This document shows positions 37,787-48,225 of a stretch of 63,169 nucleotides of DNA, one piece after another; the first letter of the stretch is position 1, and each line of letters starts with the position of its first letter. A program made the position numbers and the translations under genes. Below the pieces are notes generated by a model. That model searched no databases. It saw only the letters and a list, made by a program, of their open reading frames with translations, and was not told the DNA's origin. Source of the stretch: a virus (taxonomy: Duplodnaviria; Caudoviricetes); the IMG/VR virus record IMGVR_UViG_3300043468_000449, positions 1 to 63,169 of that record, one strand, 5' to 3'.

Positions 37787-40702
37787 TTAGGCTATTGAAA
37801 GTGATATGATGTTAATTTCTGATCCACTTGGAACTGGTTGACTGAATGTTAATGTTCTTGGTGTAACATTATCAATTGTATAGTTTGTTGTTTTTTGTAC
37901 GATACCATCAATAGTTACAAGGTAAGCTGGAGAAAGTATAGACAATCCTCCAGTAATTGCAAATATAGTTTGAGTTCCATTTCCAATGTAAGACCATGCA
38001 TTGCCAAAATTGGATGGAGGCAGTTCTGCACTTCCAGTAGCTCCTTGAAATCCAGTAGCTCCTTGAAAACCAGTTGATCCAACTCCTGTTGCACCAACTA
38101 ATCCAGTTGCGCCAACCAAACCAGTTGCGCCAACTAAACCTGTAGCTCCAGTAGCTCCTGCTCCTGTCGCTCCAATTAATCCCGTAGCTCCAATTAATCC
38201 CGTAGCTCCAATAAAACCTGTGGCTCCAACAAATCCAGTAGCTCCAATAAAACCTGTCGCTCCAACAAATCCAGTAGCTCCTATCGGGCCTACAATTGGT
38301 CCTACATTAACCCATGTTCCAGAACTTTTTACCCACAAATTACCAGTATCTAAAGCAATTACCCCATTTCCATTAATAGCAGATGGAAATGCAGTATTAA
38401 GCGTAGCTTGCGGGTCTGCACCTACAGTTGGAACATTTCCAATAATTGAAACAGAAGTGCCATCATTTCCTTTTTCTCCAGTAGCTCCGACAAATCCAGT
38501 TGCCCCGACAAATCCAGTTGCCCCGATAAATCCAGTAGCTCCAATTTCTCCAGTAGCTCCAATGAAACCAGTCGATCCAACTAATCCCGTGGCTCCAATT
38601 TCTCCAGTAGCTCCGACAAGTCCTGTAGCTCCAAATTCTCCAGTAGCTCCGACAAATCCAGTTGCACCTTGAAATCCTGTCGCTCCGACTAATCCTGTGG
38701 CTCCAACCGATCCAGTTGCGCCAACTGCTCCAGTTGCGCCAATCAAACCTGTAGCTCCGACCGATCCAGTTGTGCCAACTGCTCCAGTTGCGCCAATCAA
38801 ACCTGTAGCTCCGACTGATCCAGTTGAACCAACTGCTCCAGTCGATCCAATTAATCCAGTAGCTCCTTGAGTTCCTATGCCTGTTGCTCCTTGCGAACCA
38901 TTTAAACTAACAATAACAATTTGCGATCCATCAGGGATGGCAGTTGACATTGTTAGCGTAGTTCCGCTAATTGTATAATTATTTGGGTCTTGAACAATTC
39001 CATCTATAGCAATTAAATAGGCAGTAGATAAATTAGTTATCGCTCCAATTATAGTATAATTAGTTTGTAGCCCATCTCCAATAAATGACCATCTAATTCC
39101 TCCTGCTGGAGCGGCACTTCCAGTTGCGCCAACTAAACCTGTAGCTCCAATTGATCCACTAGCTCCTGTCGCTCCCGTCAATCCTGATCCAGTAGCTCCT
39201 GTAGCACCTTGCGATCCTATCCCTGTAGCTCCTGTTGCTCCGTTACCTGTAGCTCCAGTCAATCCAATTCCCGTTGCACCAGTTGATCCAATTGATCCTA
39301 CTCCCGTTGCACCAGTTGCGCCAATTCCAGTTGATCCAGTTGCTCCTTGCGTTCCAATTCCTGTTGCACCAGTTGCGCCAATTCCAGTTGATCCTCGCAA
39401 TCCTGTTGCTCCTTGCAACCCAATTGCGCCTGTCGCGCCTGTGGCTCCAATCGGTCCTCCACTTGGCCCAGTCGATCCTTGAAAACCAGTTGCTCCTTGT
39501 AGACCTATTCCAGTTGCACCAGTTGAACCAATTAATCCTACTCCAGTTGCACCAGTTGCTCCAATTGATCCTACTCCAGTTGCACCAGTTGCTCCACTAC
39601 CTGTTGATCCTTTTTGTCCTGTAGCTCCAATAAAACCACTTGCTCCAGTTGCTCCGATTGGCCCAATACCTCCATCACCAGTAATCCCAATCATCCAGTC
39701 AGCAAAATTCCCTGCTCCTTGAATAGTATCAACCCATAAACGAACCCATGAATTATTTACTTCCATTACATTTCCCTCGACCCAGTCATAAGGGTATGCA
39801 GAATTAGCTACTGCGCGAAGTCGAGTTCCGTATGTCCATCCAATGTCGGCTGAAGGAACATAATCAAATTGTTTTAATCCTGTTGTAATGTCGTGAGCAG
39901 TAAAACTTTGACGAGTAATGACTGGAGAAATTCCGCTTGCTCCCGCGCTTCCCCTGAAACCCGTGCTACCAGTCGCGCCAACAGGTCCAATAAGACCTTG
40001 CAAACCAGTAGCACCAGTCGATCCGATTCCCGTTGCGCCAACTGGACCTATATTTCCCGTGGCTCCAGTTGCGCCAGTTACACCTAAACCTGTCGCTCCA
40101 ATCGGCCCTGTGCTTCCTGTGGCTCCAATTGGGCCTGTGGAACCAGTTGATCCAACGCCAGTTGCGCCTGTTGATCCAGTTGCTCCGAAACCAGTTGCGC
40201 CAGTATCTCCCTTTAATTGCAATTGAACAACAGTTAAGTAACTTCCAATTGGAACAATAGCATCAGTAAATGTTAATACAGGAGGCAATGTTGAGCTAAT
40301 TGTATAAGTAATTGGGTCTTGAACAACTCCATCCACATATACTAAATATGCGCTACTATATGTATTTGTTGCTCCAGTAAGCGTGAACGATGACCCATTA
40401 TTTCCATCAAATCCGATTCTATAAAATGGACTTAAATTACTAATTTGATTATTAAAGACGCGAATTAAATAACACAACAATCCTTCACCTTCTTCGCGAG
40501 GGATATCGTCAACTTCTGCTGTATTATTAGGATCACATGGAATATCCCAAACCACCCTTCCATTAACTACACTTTTTGTAATATCCCCATAAAGAGCATA
40601 AACAAGATTAGAGATTAAAGAAGGAACGCTTTCAGGAGAAACTTGTGGATATGGAATATCCTGACGGCAGATGTTGTTGTAGTTATCGTTGTTGCAACTC
40701 AT
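37787..40702 (-). CDS. Collagen-like (Gly-Ala-Thr) tail fibre with three repeated globular domains
   Basis: Long G-A-T/G-x-x triplet tracts and three copies of GNG...F.I.G...AYLV..DG.VQ....YTI. Confidence 0.85.
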   Translation of the reverse strand: MSCNNDNYNNICRQDIPYPQVSPESVPSLISNLVYALYGDITKSVVNGRVVWDIPCDPNNTAEVDDIPREEGEGLLCYLIRVFNNQISNLSPFYRIGFDGNNGSSFTLTGATNTYSSAYLVYVDGVVQDPITYTISSTLPPVLTFTDAIVPIGSYLTVVQLQLKGDTGATGFGATGSTGATGVGSTGSTGPIGATGSTGPIGATGLGVTGATGATGNIGPVGATGIGSTGATGLQGLIGPVGATGSTGFRGSAGASGISPVITRQSFTAHDITTGLKQFDYVPSADIGWTYGTRLRAVANSAYPYDWVEGNVMEVNNSWVRLWVDTIQGAGNFADWMIGITGDGGIGPIGATGASGFIGATGQKGSTGSGATGATGVGSIGATGATGVGLIGSTGATGIGLQGATGFQGSTGPSGGPIGATGATGAIGLQGATGLRGSTGIGATGATGIGTQGATGSTGIGATGATGVGSIGSTGATGIGLTGATGNGATGATGIGSQGATGATGSGLTGATGASGSIGATGLVGATGSAAPAGGIRWSFIGDGLQTNYTIIGAITNLSTAYLIAIDGIVQDPNNYTISGTTLTMSTAIPDGSQIVIVSLNGSQGATGIGTQGATGLIGSTGAVGSTGSVGATGLIGATGAVGTTGSVGATGLIGATGAVGATGSVGATGLVGATGFQGATGFVGATGEFGATGLVGATGEIGATGLVGSTGFIGATGEIGATGFIGATGFVGATGFVGATGEKGNDGTSVSIIGNVPTVGADPQATLNTAFPSAINGNGVIALDTGNLWVKSSGTWVNVGPIVGPIGATGFVGATGFIGATGFVGATGFIGATGLIGATGLIGATGAGATGATGLVGATGLVGATGLVGATGVGSTGFQGATGFQGATGSAELPPSNFGNAWSYIGNGTQTIFAITGGLSILSPAYLVTIDGIVQKTTNYTIDNVTPRTLTFSQPVPSGSEINIISLSIA

Positions 40703-40704
40703 AA

Positions 40705-41238
40705 TTAAGCCTCAATTAGTAGATACGGAATTGTTTTTTGTGAAAATCGATCCATCTGATCGTATACTAAAGAAATAAACGAGTCGTATTGCGATGAAGG
40801 AATCGTCTGACAACCGAGCGACGAGGTAGATTTACCTCCGCGATGGATGTTTATATTATAACCAATCGAAATGCCTTCGCCATCGCGATAAACAGGCAAC
40901 GCTTCGTCTTTTGTCGCAGGACGCAAAGCTGGATACCCCGGCCCTTTTGAAATGCCATGTTTGCCTTTTTTGTAAATGTGGACTCCCGGCACTAACGATG
41001 CGATTCCTTTGCGATAGATTGTCGGATCGGTATTCGCATTGTACGAAACATACGCTTCAGGCGAAACTAGGAAAATCGCATCATCGTAAATTCCTCTTTG
41101 ATTGCCTGCTGGTGGAAATGTTTCAGAATAATATCCTCTAATTCCAAGCAAAACAACACTAGCTGTGATTCCAGCTTTTTTAATCATGCTCAATGATTTT
41201 TCTTTTGATTGTTTTGGAGTTGACTTTGGAATCATCAT
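40705..41238 (-). CDS. Putative endolysin, L,D-transpeptidase-like
   Basis: [14 protein letters not shown] matches the His...SxGC catalytic motif; lies next to holin-like genes. Confidence 0.65.
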   Translation of the reverse strand: MMIPKSTPKQSKEKSLSMIKKAGITASVVLLGIRGYYSETFPPAGNQRGIYDDAIFLVSPEAYVSYNANTDPTIYRKGIASLVPGVHIYKKGKHGISKGPGYPALRPATKDEALPVYRDGEGISIGYNINIHRGGKSTSSLGCQTIPSSQYDSFISLVYDQMDRFSQKTIPYLLIEA

Positions 41239-41255
41239 ATATTACTCTTCACTTT

Positions 41256-41786
41256 ATGAAGACTTGTTGCCGATGCGAAATTAATAAAGAGTTGAATGAA
41301 TTTGTCAAATCTAAAAGAATGAAAGATGGTTTTAGTAATAGGTGCAAATCTTGCCATAGAATTGCAAGTATTGAGTCGTGCAGGAATAATCCACATGGAA
41401 GAAAAAAAGCACACCAAAAATATTACCAAACACACAAACAAGAACACATTCAAAAATGTATTGAATGGGCTAAAAGAAATCCTCAAAAAGTTAAAGAAAT
41501 CAGGTTGAGATGTCGTCGTAATTTGACAGAGGATCAAATTAAAAAACTCAATGAGTGTAGAAAAAAATCCACAAAACAACAAAGACAAAAGTTCCCTGAT
41601 AAATACAAAGCAAGAAATAAAGTTAACAATGCTGTTGCTAAAAAGAAAATCCCAAAAGTTACAACATTGCAATGCATAGATTGCGGAAGTCCAGCAAAAC
41701 AATATCACCATCATAAAGGATACGATGTTGAACATTGGCTTGATGTTGTTCCAATGTGTATTTCTTGTCATTCTTTAGCTAAATAA
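41256..41786 (+). CDS. HNH-like / zinc-finger endonuclease, inserted in the opposite orientation
   Basis: MKTCCRCEINKELNEF...CKSC and C-terminal CIDCG...HHHKGY....VVPMCISCH; only convincing plus-strand gene. Confidence 0.75.
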   Translation: MKTCCRCEINKELNEFVKSKRMKDGFSNRCKSCHRIASIESCRNNPHGRKKAHQKYYQTHKQEHIQKCIEWAKRNPQKVKEIRLRCRRNLTEDQIKKLNECRKKSTKQQRQKFPDKYKARNKVNNAVAKKKIPKVTTLQCIDCGSPAKQYHHHKGYDVEHWLDVVPMCISCHSLAK

Positions 41787-41960
41787 TCATTTTCCTTTAC
41801 GAACTACATTAATTAAGCCGATTGCGCCTAAACCTGCCGCTAAAATAGCGTTCTGCAATTCAGGCTCAAGTTTTACTCCAAGTGCCGTAGCGATAAGGAG
41901 TAAACCACGCCATGTGCTATTCTCCGAGAGTCGTTCTAATACGATATTTACGATTTTCAT
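41787..41960 (-). CDS. Holin-like small membrane protein (not in the ORF track)
   Basis: Translated by hand, 57 aa: MKIVNIVLERLSENSTWRGLLLIATALGVKLEPELQNAILAAGLGAIGLINVVRKGK. Confidence 0.7.
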   Translation of the reverse strand: MKIVNIVLERLSENSTWRGLLLIATALGVKLEPELQNAILAAGLGAIGLINVVRKGK

Positions 41961-42115
41961 TTCTTTGTTCCTGTTGGTTCTGGAAGTTCATATGTGAATC
42001 TTCCGTATTGTGTCTCTAACGAAATACCTAAAGTAGTGCAAGATGTCAAGAGTGCCATTCCTAAAAATACAAACGAGATCAGAATTAAAAACAAAGCAAT
42101 TTTTTTAGGATTCAT
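41957..42115 (-). CDS. Small lipoprotein, spanin candidate (not in the ORF track)
   Basis: MNPKKIALFLILISFVFLGMALLTSC-TTLG with lipobox LTSC; ATGA overlaps on both sides. Confidence 0.65.
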   Translation of the reverse strand: MNPKKIALFLILISFVFLGMALLTSCTTLGISLETQYGRFTYELPEPTGTKK

Positions 42116-42402
42116 AGCGATTCAATCTTTCTTTCAATTCGATCCAAGATCAACATATTTCTTCCGATTGCTTGATTGCTAACACTCAAGACTTCCATCA
42201 TCTCTTTATTCACATTGCGAAGATGGTCGTTAAATTCGTGCTGAACCTGATCCATCTTTTTTTCTACTTTGTCAAGGCGAGATGTCAAATATTTGAAAAC
42301 AACGGATACCGCAATAATTCCTAAAGCCAAAAGCGCAACAAACATGAATCTGTCTCCTTTCGTTGATGCCAAATCTATTGTTTTTAATATGCTTTCTTCC
42401 AT
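42112..42402 (-). CDS. Membrane-anchored coiled-coil protein (holin or i-spanin-like)
   Basis: One hydrophobic segment FMFVALLALGIIAVSVVF followed by a coiled coil. Confidence 0.6.
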   Translation of the reverse strand: MEESILKTIDLASTKGDRFMFVALLALGIIAVSVVFKYLTSRLDKVEKKMDQVQHEFNDHLRNVNKEMMEVLSVSNQAIGRNMLILDRIERKIESL

Positions 42403-42405
42403 ATT

Positions 42406-43878
42406 TTATAAATTGTTTGGTATGAATGCCGCTTGTTTCGAGCAAACGATAATTGTTGAAGAATATGTTATTTGGGCATAAGCGAAAACATAACGAGTCC
42501 CATCAGAATATGGAAATTGCGCGCTCCATGTTCCGTTTCCATTGTTTGTAGTCGTTGCGGAAACCCAAGTCCTGCTCATTGGATCAGCAGTTACAAGCGC
42601 ATAGTAAAATTGAACTGCTGTTACATCTTCTGGTTGAGATGGCGAAACTGTTGCCTTCGCAGTTCCAATCGAAACAATACTTGGAATTGTGTTTGGATTA
42701 GAAGGCCAAGTGATTGCAGAACCTTTTAGATACTTGTCAAACCACAGGCGAACATCCTGCTCAAATCCAGTAATGTCATGCGATGCATTAGCCTTAAAAG
42801 CATAGCTTCCTTGGACTGGAGTTATTTCAAAGTTGCGGAATCCTCGATCAAATTGACCATGAAAGTCATTCGTTGACATCATCCACAACATTGGGTTCCT
42901 AGCGTATTTTGCGTAGGCTTGGCATTCCAGAGTTGAGATATAAAGATTATTTCCGTCTGAAAACGGAGGCTCCGAATATGGAATGTTATACAACCAAACG
43001 GAGTTTGTTTTCCAATAATGAATCCATCCATTCCCATATTGAGCCACACAACATTTAATATCTGGGTCGATATTCATGTTGTAAGCAATCTGACCACCCC
43101 AGCTATTCCCGTAGAAGCCGATCTTGGTAATGTCAATGTCGGCGGTTAGAGTTTTGGTATACGCAAGAACCCTGCGAGGCATGGCGAACCAATAATACAT
43201 ATCTTGGTTGCGGACATCCTCAATAGTCGCAACAGATGCTTGGTTGGTATAGTTCGCGTTGGGATTCGTTACTTGGTTCAGCCGATTCAAAGCCGCTGGA
43301 TAAAGCGTCATCAAGGTGGTTGGATAACTATAAGTCCCATTGAAAGTTCCGCGCCAATCGTATTGTATTACTGCATAACCTAGATTTGCGTAAGTTGTAA
43401 AATCATCTACGGATGCGCCCCAGCCATTTGAGAAAATAAAACAAGGAAGGTTTCCCGATCCGCGAAGCGATGCCTTGACTTGGTATTTAACATACACACG
43501 AATCAGATAGCCGTTGATCGGCATATCAATGAAAGAATTTTGCGTGAATACTCCGTTTAATGTTGATGCGCCAATAATCGTTTCATTGAACGCTCCAGTA
43601 TTGGGATTGTAGTTGTTGTAAAGAGAACCAACATCCCAGACGCTCAAAGGGTTCGGAGTTACTGGCGTATTAGTGTCAGTCCTAACCCAGCTTCCGTTTG
43701 AGGCATAGGCAATCGCTTGATTGTTTACACCTTGCTTGCCGAAACCTATTCCATCCGTGCAATAGACTTGCGTTCCATTTGAAGAAGAAACAGAAAGTTC
43801 ATTAACTGGCAGTTGGACTAGACCTCCCGTTGTGGCATAGTCTAATTTGCGTGTAAATGGATTGAACTTAAACCCCAT
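42406..43878 (-). CDS. Virion-associated alpha/beta-hydrolase (esterase-like); start reassigned to 43878
   Basis: Nucleophile elbow GFYGNSWGG, NGWG oxyanion-like segment, TNDFHG and ASHD; N-terminal FNPFT.KLD shared with the fibre gene. Confidence 0.75.
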   Translation of the reverse strand: MGFKFNPFTRKLDYATTGGLVQLPVNELSVSSSNGTQVYCTDGIGFGKQGVNNQAIAYASNGSWVRTDTNTPVTPNPLSVWDVGSLYNNYNPNTGAFNETIIGASTLNGVFTQNSFIDMPINGYLIRVYVKYQVKASLRGSGNLPCFIFSNGWGASVDDFTTYANLGYAVIQYDWRGTFNGTYSYPTTLMTLYPAALNRLNQVTNPNANYTNQASVATIEDVRNQDMYYWFAMPRRVLAYTKTLTADIDITKIGFYGNSWGGQIAYNMNIDPDIKCCVAQYGNGWIHYWKTNSVWLYNIPYSEPPFSDGNNLYISTLECQAYAKYARNPMLWMMSTNDFHGQFDRGFRNFEITPVQGSYAFKANASHDITGFEQDVRLWFDKYLKGSAITWPSNPNTIPSIVSIGTAKATVSPSQPEDVTAVQFYYALVTADPMSRTWVSATTTNNGNGTWSAQFPYSDGTRYVFAYAQITYSSTIIVCSKQAAFIPNNL

Positions 43879-44032
43879 CGCTCGGTCTTTCTGGCAGAGA
43901 ATGTAAATCAATCTCGCTGGCTAATTTCGCTTGAGTCCCAGCGGGAGGTTGCCAATCTTCAAGATTGCCATTCCAGACCACAAGGTTAACCAACCATCCG
44001 CCTTCTTTATCAATTATTGCGTAAGTGTCCAT
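43868..44032 (-). CDS. Small tail-fibre assembly-like protein
   Basis: MDTYAIID..G..VN.VVW.G...WQPP follows the Gly-rich fibre gene. Confidence 0.55.
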   Translation of the reverse strand: MDTYAIIDKEGGWLVNLVVWNGNLEDWQPPAGTQAKLASEIDLHSLPERPSDGV

Positions 44033-44033
44033 A

Positions 44034-45881
44034 TTAGAAATATGTAGTAACAATGACGATTCCTTGCGCTCCGTTTCCGCCAGCACCAGAAGTTAAAACG
44101 CTTCCTTGGGTTCCTTGGCATCCACCACCACCACCACCACCTCCATAAAGCCCCCCATTTCCACCCCTGCCAGCATTAACAGTTACACCACCAGCACCAC
44201 CACCAGCACCCCCGCCAGCGTGAATAAATGATCCCATAGAAGTTCCATTTGCCCCAGCCGCTCCCTCGGTTTGTCCTCCTAATGCTTGGCCTCCAGATGT
44301 AGAAGGATTGTTTCCGAGAACCCATTGACCATTCCCTCCGATAAACCATGACCCAGAAAGATTGCATCCACCACCCGATCCGCCACCAGCGGCAGAAATT
44401 AAAGTAGTCCCACCAGCACCTCCAGCACTTGCTATTGAACCAGTTCCGCCAGCACCTCCGGGGTTTACATTTCGTCCATTTGATCCACCTCCACCTCCAG
44501 AAGATCCAGAGCCAGTTCCTCCTCCACCTCCTCCAGCATAAACCCAAGGAGAAAACGCACTTCCTCCAATTGCTCCAAAACTTGAATCTCCACCAGCGGT
44601 TCCAGCAAGTCCTTGTGCGTTAGGGCCAGTAACAGCATTTCCTCCAGTCCCGCCAGCACCAACTGTTACAGCTTCGGTGGCAAGCAGAGAAGAAGCGGGG
44701 ATTTGTGTTCTAAAAGTTAAGCCACCACCAGCACCTCCACCTCCACCGATTTGACCAGCGTTGACTCGTCCAGATGCACCTCCACCACCACCTGCGATGA
44801 CAAGAACATCTACCGATCTTGCTCCCGCTGGCTTCGTCCAAGTGCCTGACGAGGTAAAGATTTGAACATCCGTAGGTGTTGATGTTCCAGCAGGGCCAGT
44901 TGCACCTGTAGCCCCAACGCCAGTTGCGCCTGTCGCGCCATTATTGCCAGCAACGCCAGTTGCGCCTTGAGGCCCAAGCTGGTTATACATCACTTGCATT
45001 ACTGTGATGATTACTGATGGTATCGCAGGAGCGGGTGAGACTGCTGTATTATGGTCGATGCCGATGTTTGTATTGTCAGTTGACCACATCAACTGGAAAT
45101 TATCTCCAGAAACAAAGTTGTCCATGAAGTCCCATGCCGCTACTACATAAGGATTATTCGTGGGAACAGATATACGGGTAGCGGAATCTGGAAGATCGGT
45201 TCCATTTTTACGGAACCAGATTTGAACAGTATTACCAGAACCTCCACCACCATTGTTATGAAATTGTGCAGAGAACTGAATGTCGTATGTTCCCGGCGAA
45301 GTAAAAGTAATTTGTGATCCACTAACTACCGAAATGCCATTTTGTCCAATGACATTATTTACTGTCATGGCATATGCGGTATTGGCCGCAACAGCAGTTT
45401 GATCTACATTGCTGAAATACGATCCATAAAAACCAGATGCACCACCAGCACCAGCAGGGCCAGTTGAACCAGTTGCTCCTTGAATACCTATTCCAGTTGA
45501 GCCAGTTGCGCCAATTTCCCCAGCAACGCCTGTGCTTCCTGTGGCTCCGATTGGCCCTGTGCTTCCCGTGGCTCCGTTTAATCCAGAAATACCCGTGGCT
45601 CCAGTACTTCCAACTCCCGTGGCCCCGACTGGGCCTGTGCTACCCGTGGCCCCGATGCTTCCAACTCCCGTGGCCCCGACTGGCCCGGTACTTCCCGTGG
45701 CTCCGACTGGCCCGTCCACGCCCGTGCTTCCTGTCGCTCCCTGTACACCTATTCCTGTGCTACCCGTGGCTCCAACTGGCCCTCCACTTGGCCCAGTTGC
45801 GCCAGTCGCTCCAATTGCGGCAGTCGATTGGCTACTAGTAAAATCAAGTTTACCAGTAAATGGATTAAATGTAAGTGCCAT
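44034..45881 (-). CDS. Collagen-like plus glycine-rich tail fibre
   Basis: GAT triplets, a central beta domain, and a C-terminal [20 protein letters not shown]...[12 protein letters not shown] Gly-rich domain. Confidence 0.85.
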   Translation of the reverse strand: MALTFNPFTGKLDFTSSQSTAAIGATGATGPSGGPVGATGSTGIGVQGATGSTGVDGPVGATGSTGPVGATGVGSIGATGSTGPVGATGVGSTGATGISGLNGATGSTGPIGATGSTGVAGEIGATGSTGIGIQGATGSTGPAGAGGASGFYGSYFSNVDQTAVAANTAYAMTVNNVIGQNGISVVSGSQITFTSPGTYDIQFSAQFHNNGGGGSGNTVQIWFRKNGTDLPDSATRISVPTNNPYVVAAWDFMDNFVSGDNFQLMWSTDNTNIGIDHNTAVSPAPAIPSVIITVMQVMYNQLGPQGATGVAGNNGATGATGVGATGATGPAGTSTPTDVQIFTSSGTWTKPAGARSVDVLVIAGGGGGASGRVNAGQIGGGGGAGGGLTFRTQIPASSLLATEAVTVGAGGTGGNAVTGPNAQGLAGTAGGDSSFGAIGGSAFSPWVYAGGGGGGTGSGSSGGGGGSNGRNVNPGGAGGTGSIASAGGAGGTTLISAAGGGSGGGCNLSGSWFIGGNGQWVLGNNPSTSGGQALGGQTEGAAGANGTSMGSFIHAGGGAGGGAGGVTVNAGRGGNGGLYGGGGGGGGCQGTQGSVLTSGAGGNGAQGIVIVTTYF

Positions 45882-45882
45882 A

Positions 45883-46134
45883 TTAAGATATTGCTACATT
45901 AACAAGGTTTGCATCATTAGAAACTGGAGGCTGAACAGAGTAAGTAAGCGTAAGCGTTGCTACAGGAGAAGAATCTTTTTTATAAATAACAGTAGCAATG
46001 TTATTAGTTGATCCATAATATGTCAACGCTAGTTCATCATATTCTGGAATTTGAAAGCCTTTTAAGCTATTAAGGTTTTCAAGAACTAAATGCCTGAAAT
46101 CGGCAGTATCAAGGATAGGAGGTAAGTTTGCCAT
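45883..46134 (-). CDS. Small structural protein
   Basis: 83 aa with [11 protein letters not shown]...TVIYK....VATLTLTY; lies between capsid and fibre genes. Confidence 0.6.
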   Translation of the reverse strand: MANLPPILDTADFRHLVLENLNSLKGFQIPEYDELALTYYGSTNNIATVIYKKDSSPVATLTLTYSVQPPVSNDANLVNVAIS

Positions 46135-46158
46135 AGGATTAATAAGTTAAACTGATTA

Positions 46159-46188
46159 GAGGGAGCCAGAACTTAATCTGACTCCCTC
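46159..46188 (-). terminator. Hairpin terminator after the major capsid gene
   Basis: GAGGGAGTCAGA-TTAAGT-TCTGGCTCCCTC 12-bp stem, followed by TAATCAGTTT. Confidence 0.6.
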
Positions 46189-46201
46189 GTTATCAATCTA
46201 C

Positions 46202-47410
46202 TTACAGACCACCAACCGAGGTCGAGCAGGGAAGTGGCAGACCATCATAAGGACAACGCTTATAGAGGATAGCGCACACATTCTGCGGACGAATCGGCTG
46301 AATAGCACGGGAGATTTGGTAGATGTGCTGACCAAAATCACCATACAAGTTGCAGTCGTTATCGCGGAAATAAGTCCATTCCAGTTCACCCATAGCAAGT
46401 TGCGGAGCGAAACGGAAGGTTCCTTCACCAGTATAGGTTTCAGGAACGAGACGCTTGAAAGCCTCGCCAGCGATAACAAACATGACTTCGTATTGGGCGG
46501 CAACCCACGCAGGATTGCGGCGTTGAGCGAAGCCATTGGTAACGGCAGTCGAGGTGATTGGGTTGATAAGAACCAAATCGCCAGAACCATTGTAGCCAGA
46601 GGCGCGAAGAGGTTGCTGATCGATGCCGAAAGCAAATCCACGATAACCAAAGAACTGATAGCCTTTGATCGAATCTTCACCGAGTTTGAACGAACCAGTC
46701 GTAAGAGCAACGAGGTCTTCTTTGACATCAGCATCGTTGCGGAAAGCCTCGATCTGATCGGCGGATGCCATGACTTGGAAGAATTCGCCATCCTTGGAAC
46801 CAAAAGGCTCGGCAAGCATCTCTTCGCGAAGGAAAGTGCCAATGCGGTAAAGAGTCTTGAAGTTCATTGGGCTATCAGGAAGAATGCCAGTAGCAAACTT
46901 CGTGTTGATTGCCTGCATATCGCCAGTAAGATTCTGGGTGAAAGTGCGGGTCGAATTCGACACATACTTAATGCCAGATTGAATTAAATACTGATAACGA
47001 ATATCGGCATTGATCAACTGGAGAATGGTCTTCTCAAGCGAAATCTGCGCCTGAAGGTAAGAACCTTTGAAAGCGGTACGCGAGGTCTTCACGCAAACGC
47101 GAGGGCCAGCACCACGCAAGGTCTGTAGCTGGAACTGATATTCAGTCGAGCCAACTTGATCGGGAGTAGCACCAACGCCACAGAGGGTGGTGTCGTTAGC
47201 GAACGATGGGGCGGCAAGTGACGCGGCAGGAACTGCCATCTCTTGCACTACCGAGCGAACAACATCCGAAACATTCGGAAGAGTGCCACCATCGATAGAG
47301 TTAATGTATGGGGATTTACGAGCAAGAACTCGTCCAATTTGACCGATGATTCGGTTGACATCTTTAGCCGCGAAGTTTTGAACTGCGGCGAGTGAAATAC
47401 AATCTGACAT
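46202..47410 (-). CDS. Major capsid protein
   Basis: 402 aa; follows portal and scaffold; has a long upstream leader and a downstream hairpin. Confidence 0.7.
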   Translation of the reverse strand: MSDCISLAAVQNFAAKDVNRIIGQIGRVLARKSPYINSIDGGTLPNVSDVVRSVVQEMAVPAASLAAPSFANDTTLCGVGATPDQVGSTEYQFQLQTLRGAGPRVCVKTSRTAFKGSYLQAQISLEKTILQLINADIRYQYLIQSGIKYVSNSTRTFTQNLTGDMQAINTKFATGILPDSPMNFKTLYRIGTFLREEMLAEPFGSKDGEFFQVMASADQIEAFRNDADVKEDLVALTTGSFKLGEDSIKGYQFFGYRGFAFGIDQQPLRASGYNGSGDLVLINPITSTAVTNGFAQRRNPAWVAAQYEVMFVIAGEAFKRLVPETYTGEGTFRFAPQLAMGELEWTYFRDNDCNLYGDFGQHIYQISRAIQPIRPQNVCAILYKRCPYDGLPLPCSTSVGGL

Positions 47411-47622
47411 ATGTTTAGTTTTCTAATTTTGAGGTTTTGGTTTCTTGGTTTCCCCTCAAGTTTAAAAAACCATTGGGGCAACAAATATTTTATAGCGTTT
47501 TACTGCTAATTTTTAATTCGTTTGCCCCGGCTACGCTGGGCGTTTTTCGGCCTGATTTACAATTTTTATGGTCTTTGTATTGACCGCAGAATAACGCTTC
47601 TACACTTCGCAGTATGCTTCGT

Positions 47623-47650
47623 CTAATACACTATTTTTTTTTAGTGTCAA
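47623..47650 (-). promoter_or_regulatory. Candidate promoter upstream of the capsid leader
   Basis: TTGACA, 16-bp spacer, TATTAG; overlaps the inverted repeat ACACTA...TAGTGT. Confidence 0.35.
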
Positions 47651-48225
47651 ATAGAACTAGTAAATTTTTTTGAAAATTTTTCTTTCATCAAATTAAAATC
47701 TTTTGTGTGTTCCAAAGCATCTATGTCTAGGTTCAAAAATGGATTGAAGAAATCTGCCTCGTAGCGCATCAATCCATCGTCTGTAATTAATTCCTCGTTC
47801 CAGATTTTTGTCATTGCGGCATTACAAATTTCTTTTGAAATAAACATCACGCAAGCTGGGTTTCCAGCAATGACAAATGAATTTCCTTCGTGTGCAGTAG
47901 CGAGCGTTGGAGTGAATCCATAATTCAAAACATCGTAGTCGCTAATCCATCCTCCACCTGCGGCATGGAGCGCACAAATTCGATTGAATCTAGCCTGAAT
48001 TAATTCTTGTGACTCGTTCTTTTCTTTGTTCAACAAAGGATAGGTCTGAAGCAGTTTTTTAGTAATTTTAATTCGTTGCGGAGAGATTTGTGAATGACTG
48101 GAATTTAGCATCACGGGATTCCATCCTGCGCGAGTCCAACTGTCCTTCCAAAGATTAGCTTTTGAGAATTCTAAAGCCTGATCTTTTGCCTGAATTGCCT
48201 CGTAGTAAGCGTAAATAGTTTTCAT
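47647..48225 (-). CDS. DxD-motif glycosyltransferase-like protein
   Basis: WKDSW...GW.PV.L and R..AL...GGGWISDYDV. Confidence 0.65.
   Translation of the reverse strand: MKTIYAYYEAIQAKDQALEFSKANLWKDSWTRAGWNPVMLNSSHSQISPQRIKITKKLLQTYPLLNKEKNESQELIQARFNRICALHAAGGGWISDYDVLNYGFTPTLATAHEGNSFVIAGNPACVMFISKEICNAAMTKIWNEELITDDGLMRYEADFFNPFLNLDIDALEHTKDFNLMKEKFSKKFTSSI

Noticed and set aside
38030-40205. CRISPR-like or DGR-like repeat arrays
   Set aside because: These are 9/18/54-nt coding repeats of Gly-Ala-Thr collagen triplets. There are no unique spacers, no reverse transcriptase and no TR/VR pair.
41235-41771. 178-aa hydrophobic minus-strand ORF as a holin
   Set aside because: It is a Phe-rich shadow of the Lys-rich plus-strand HNH-like gene, and a better holin candidate lies at 41787-41960.
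38220-46011. Plus-strand PVAP-repeat ORFs (38220, 39918, 45532)
   Set aside because: They are antisense shadows of the collagen-like fibre genes.
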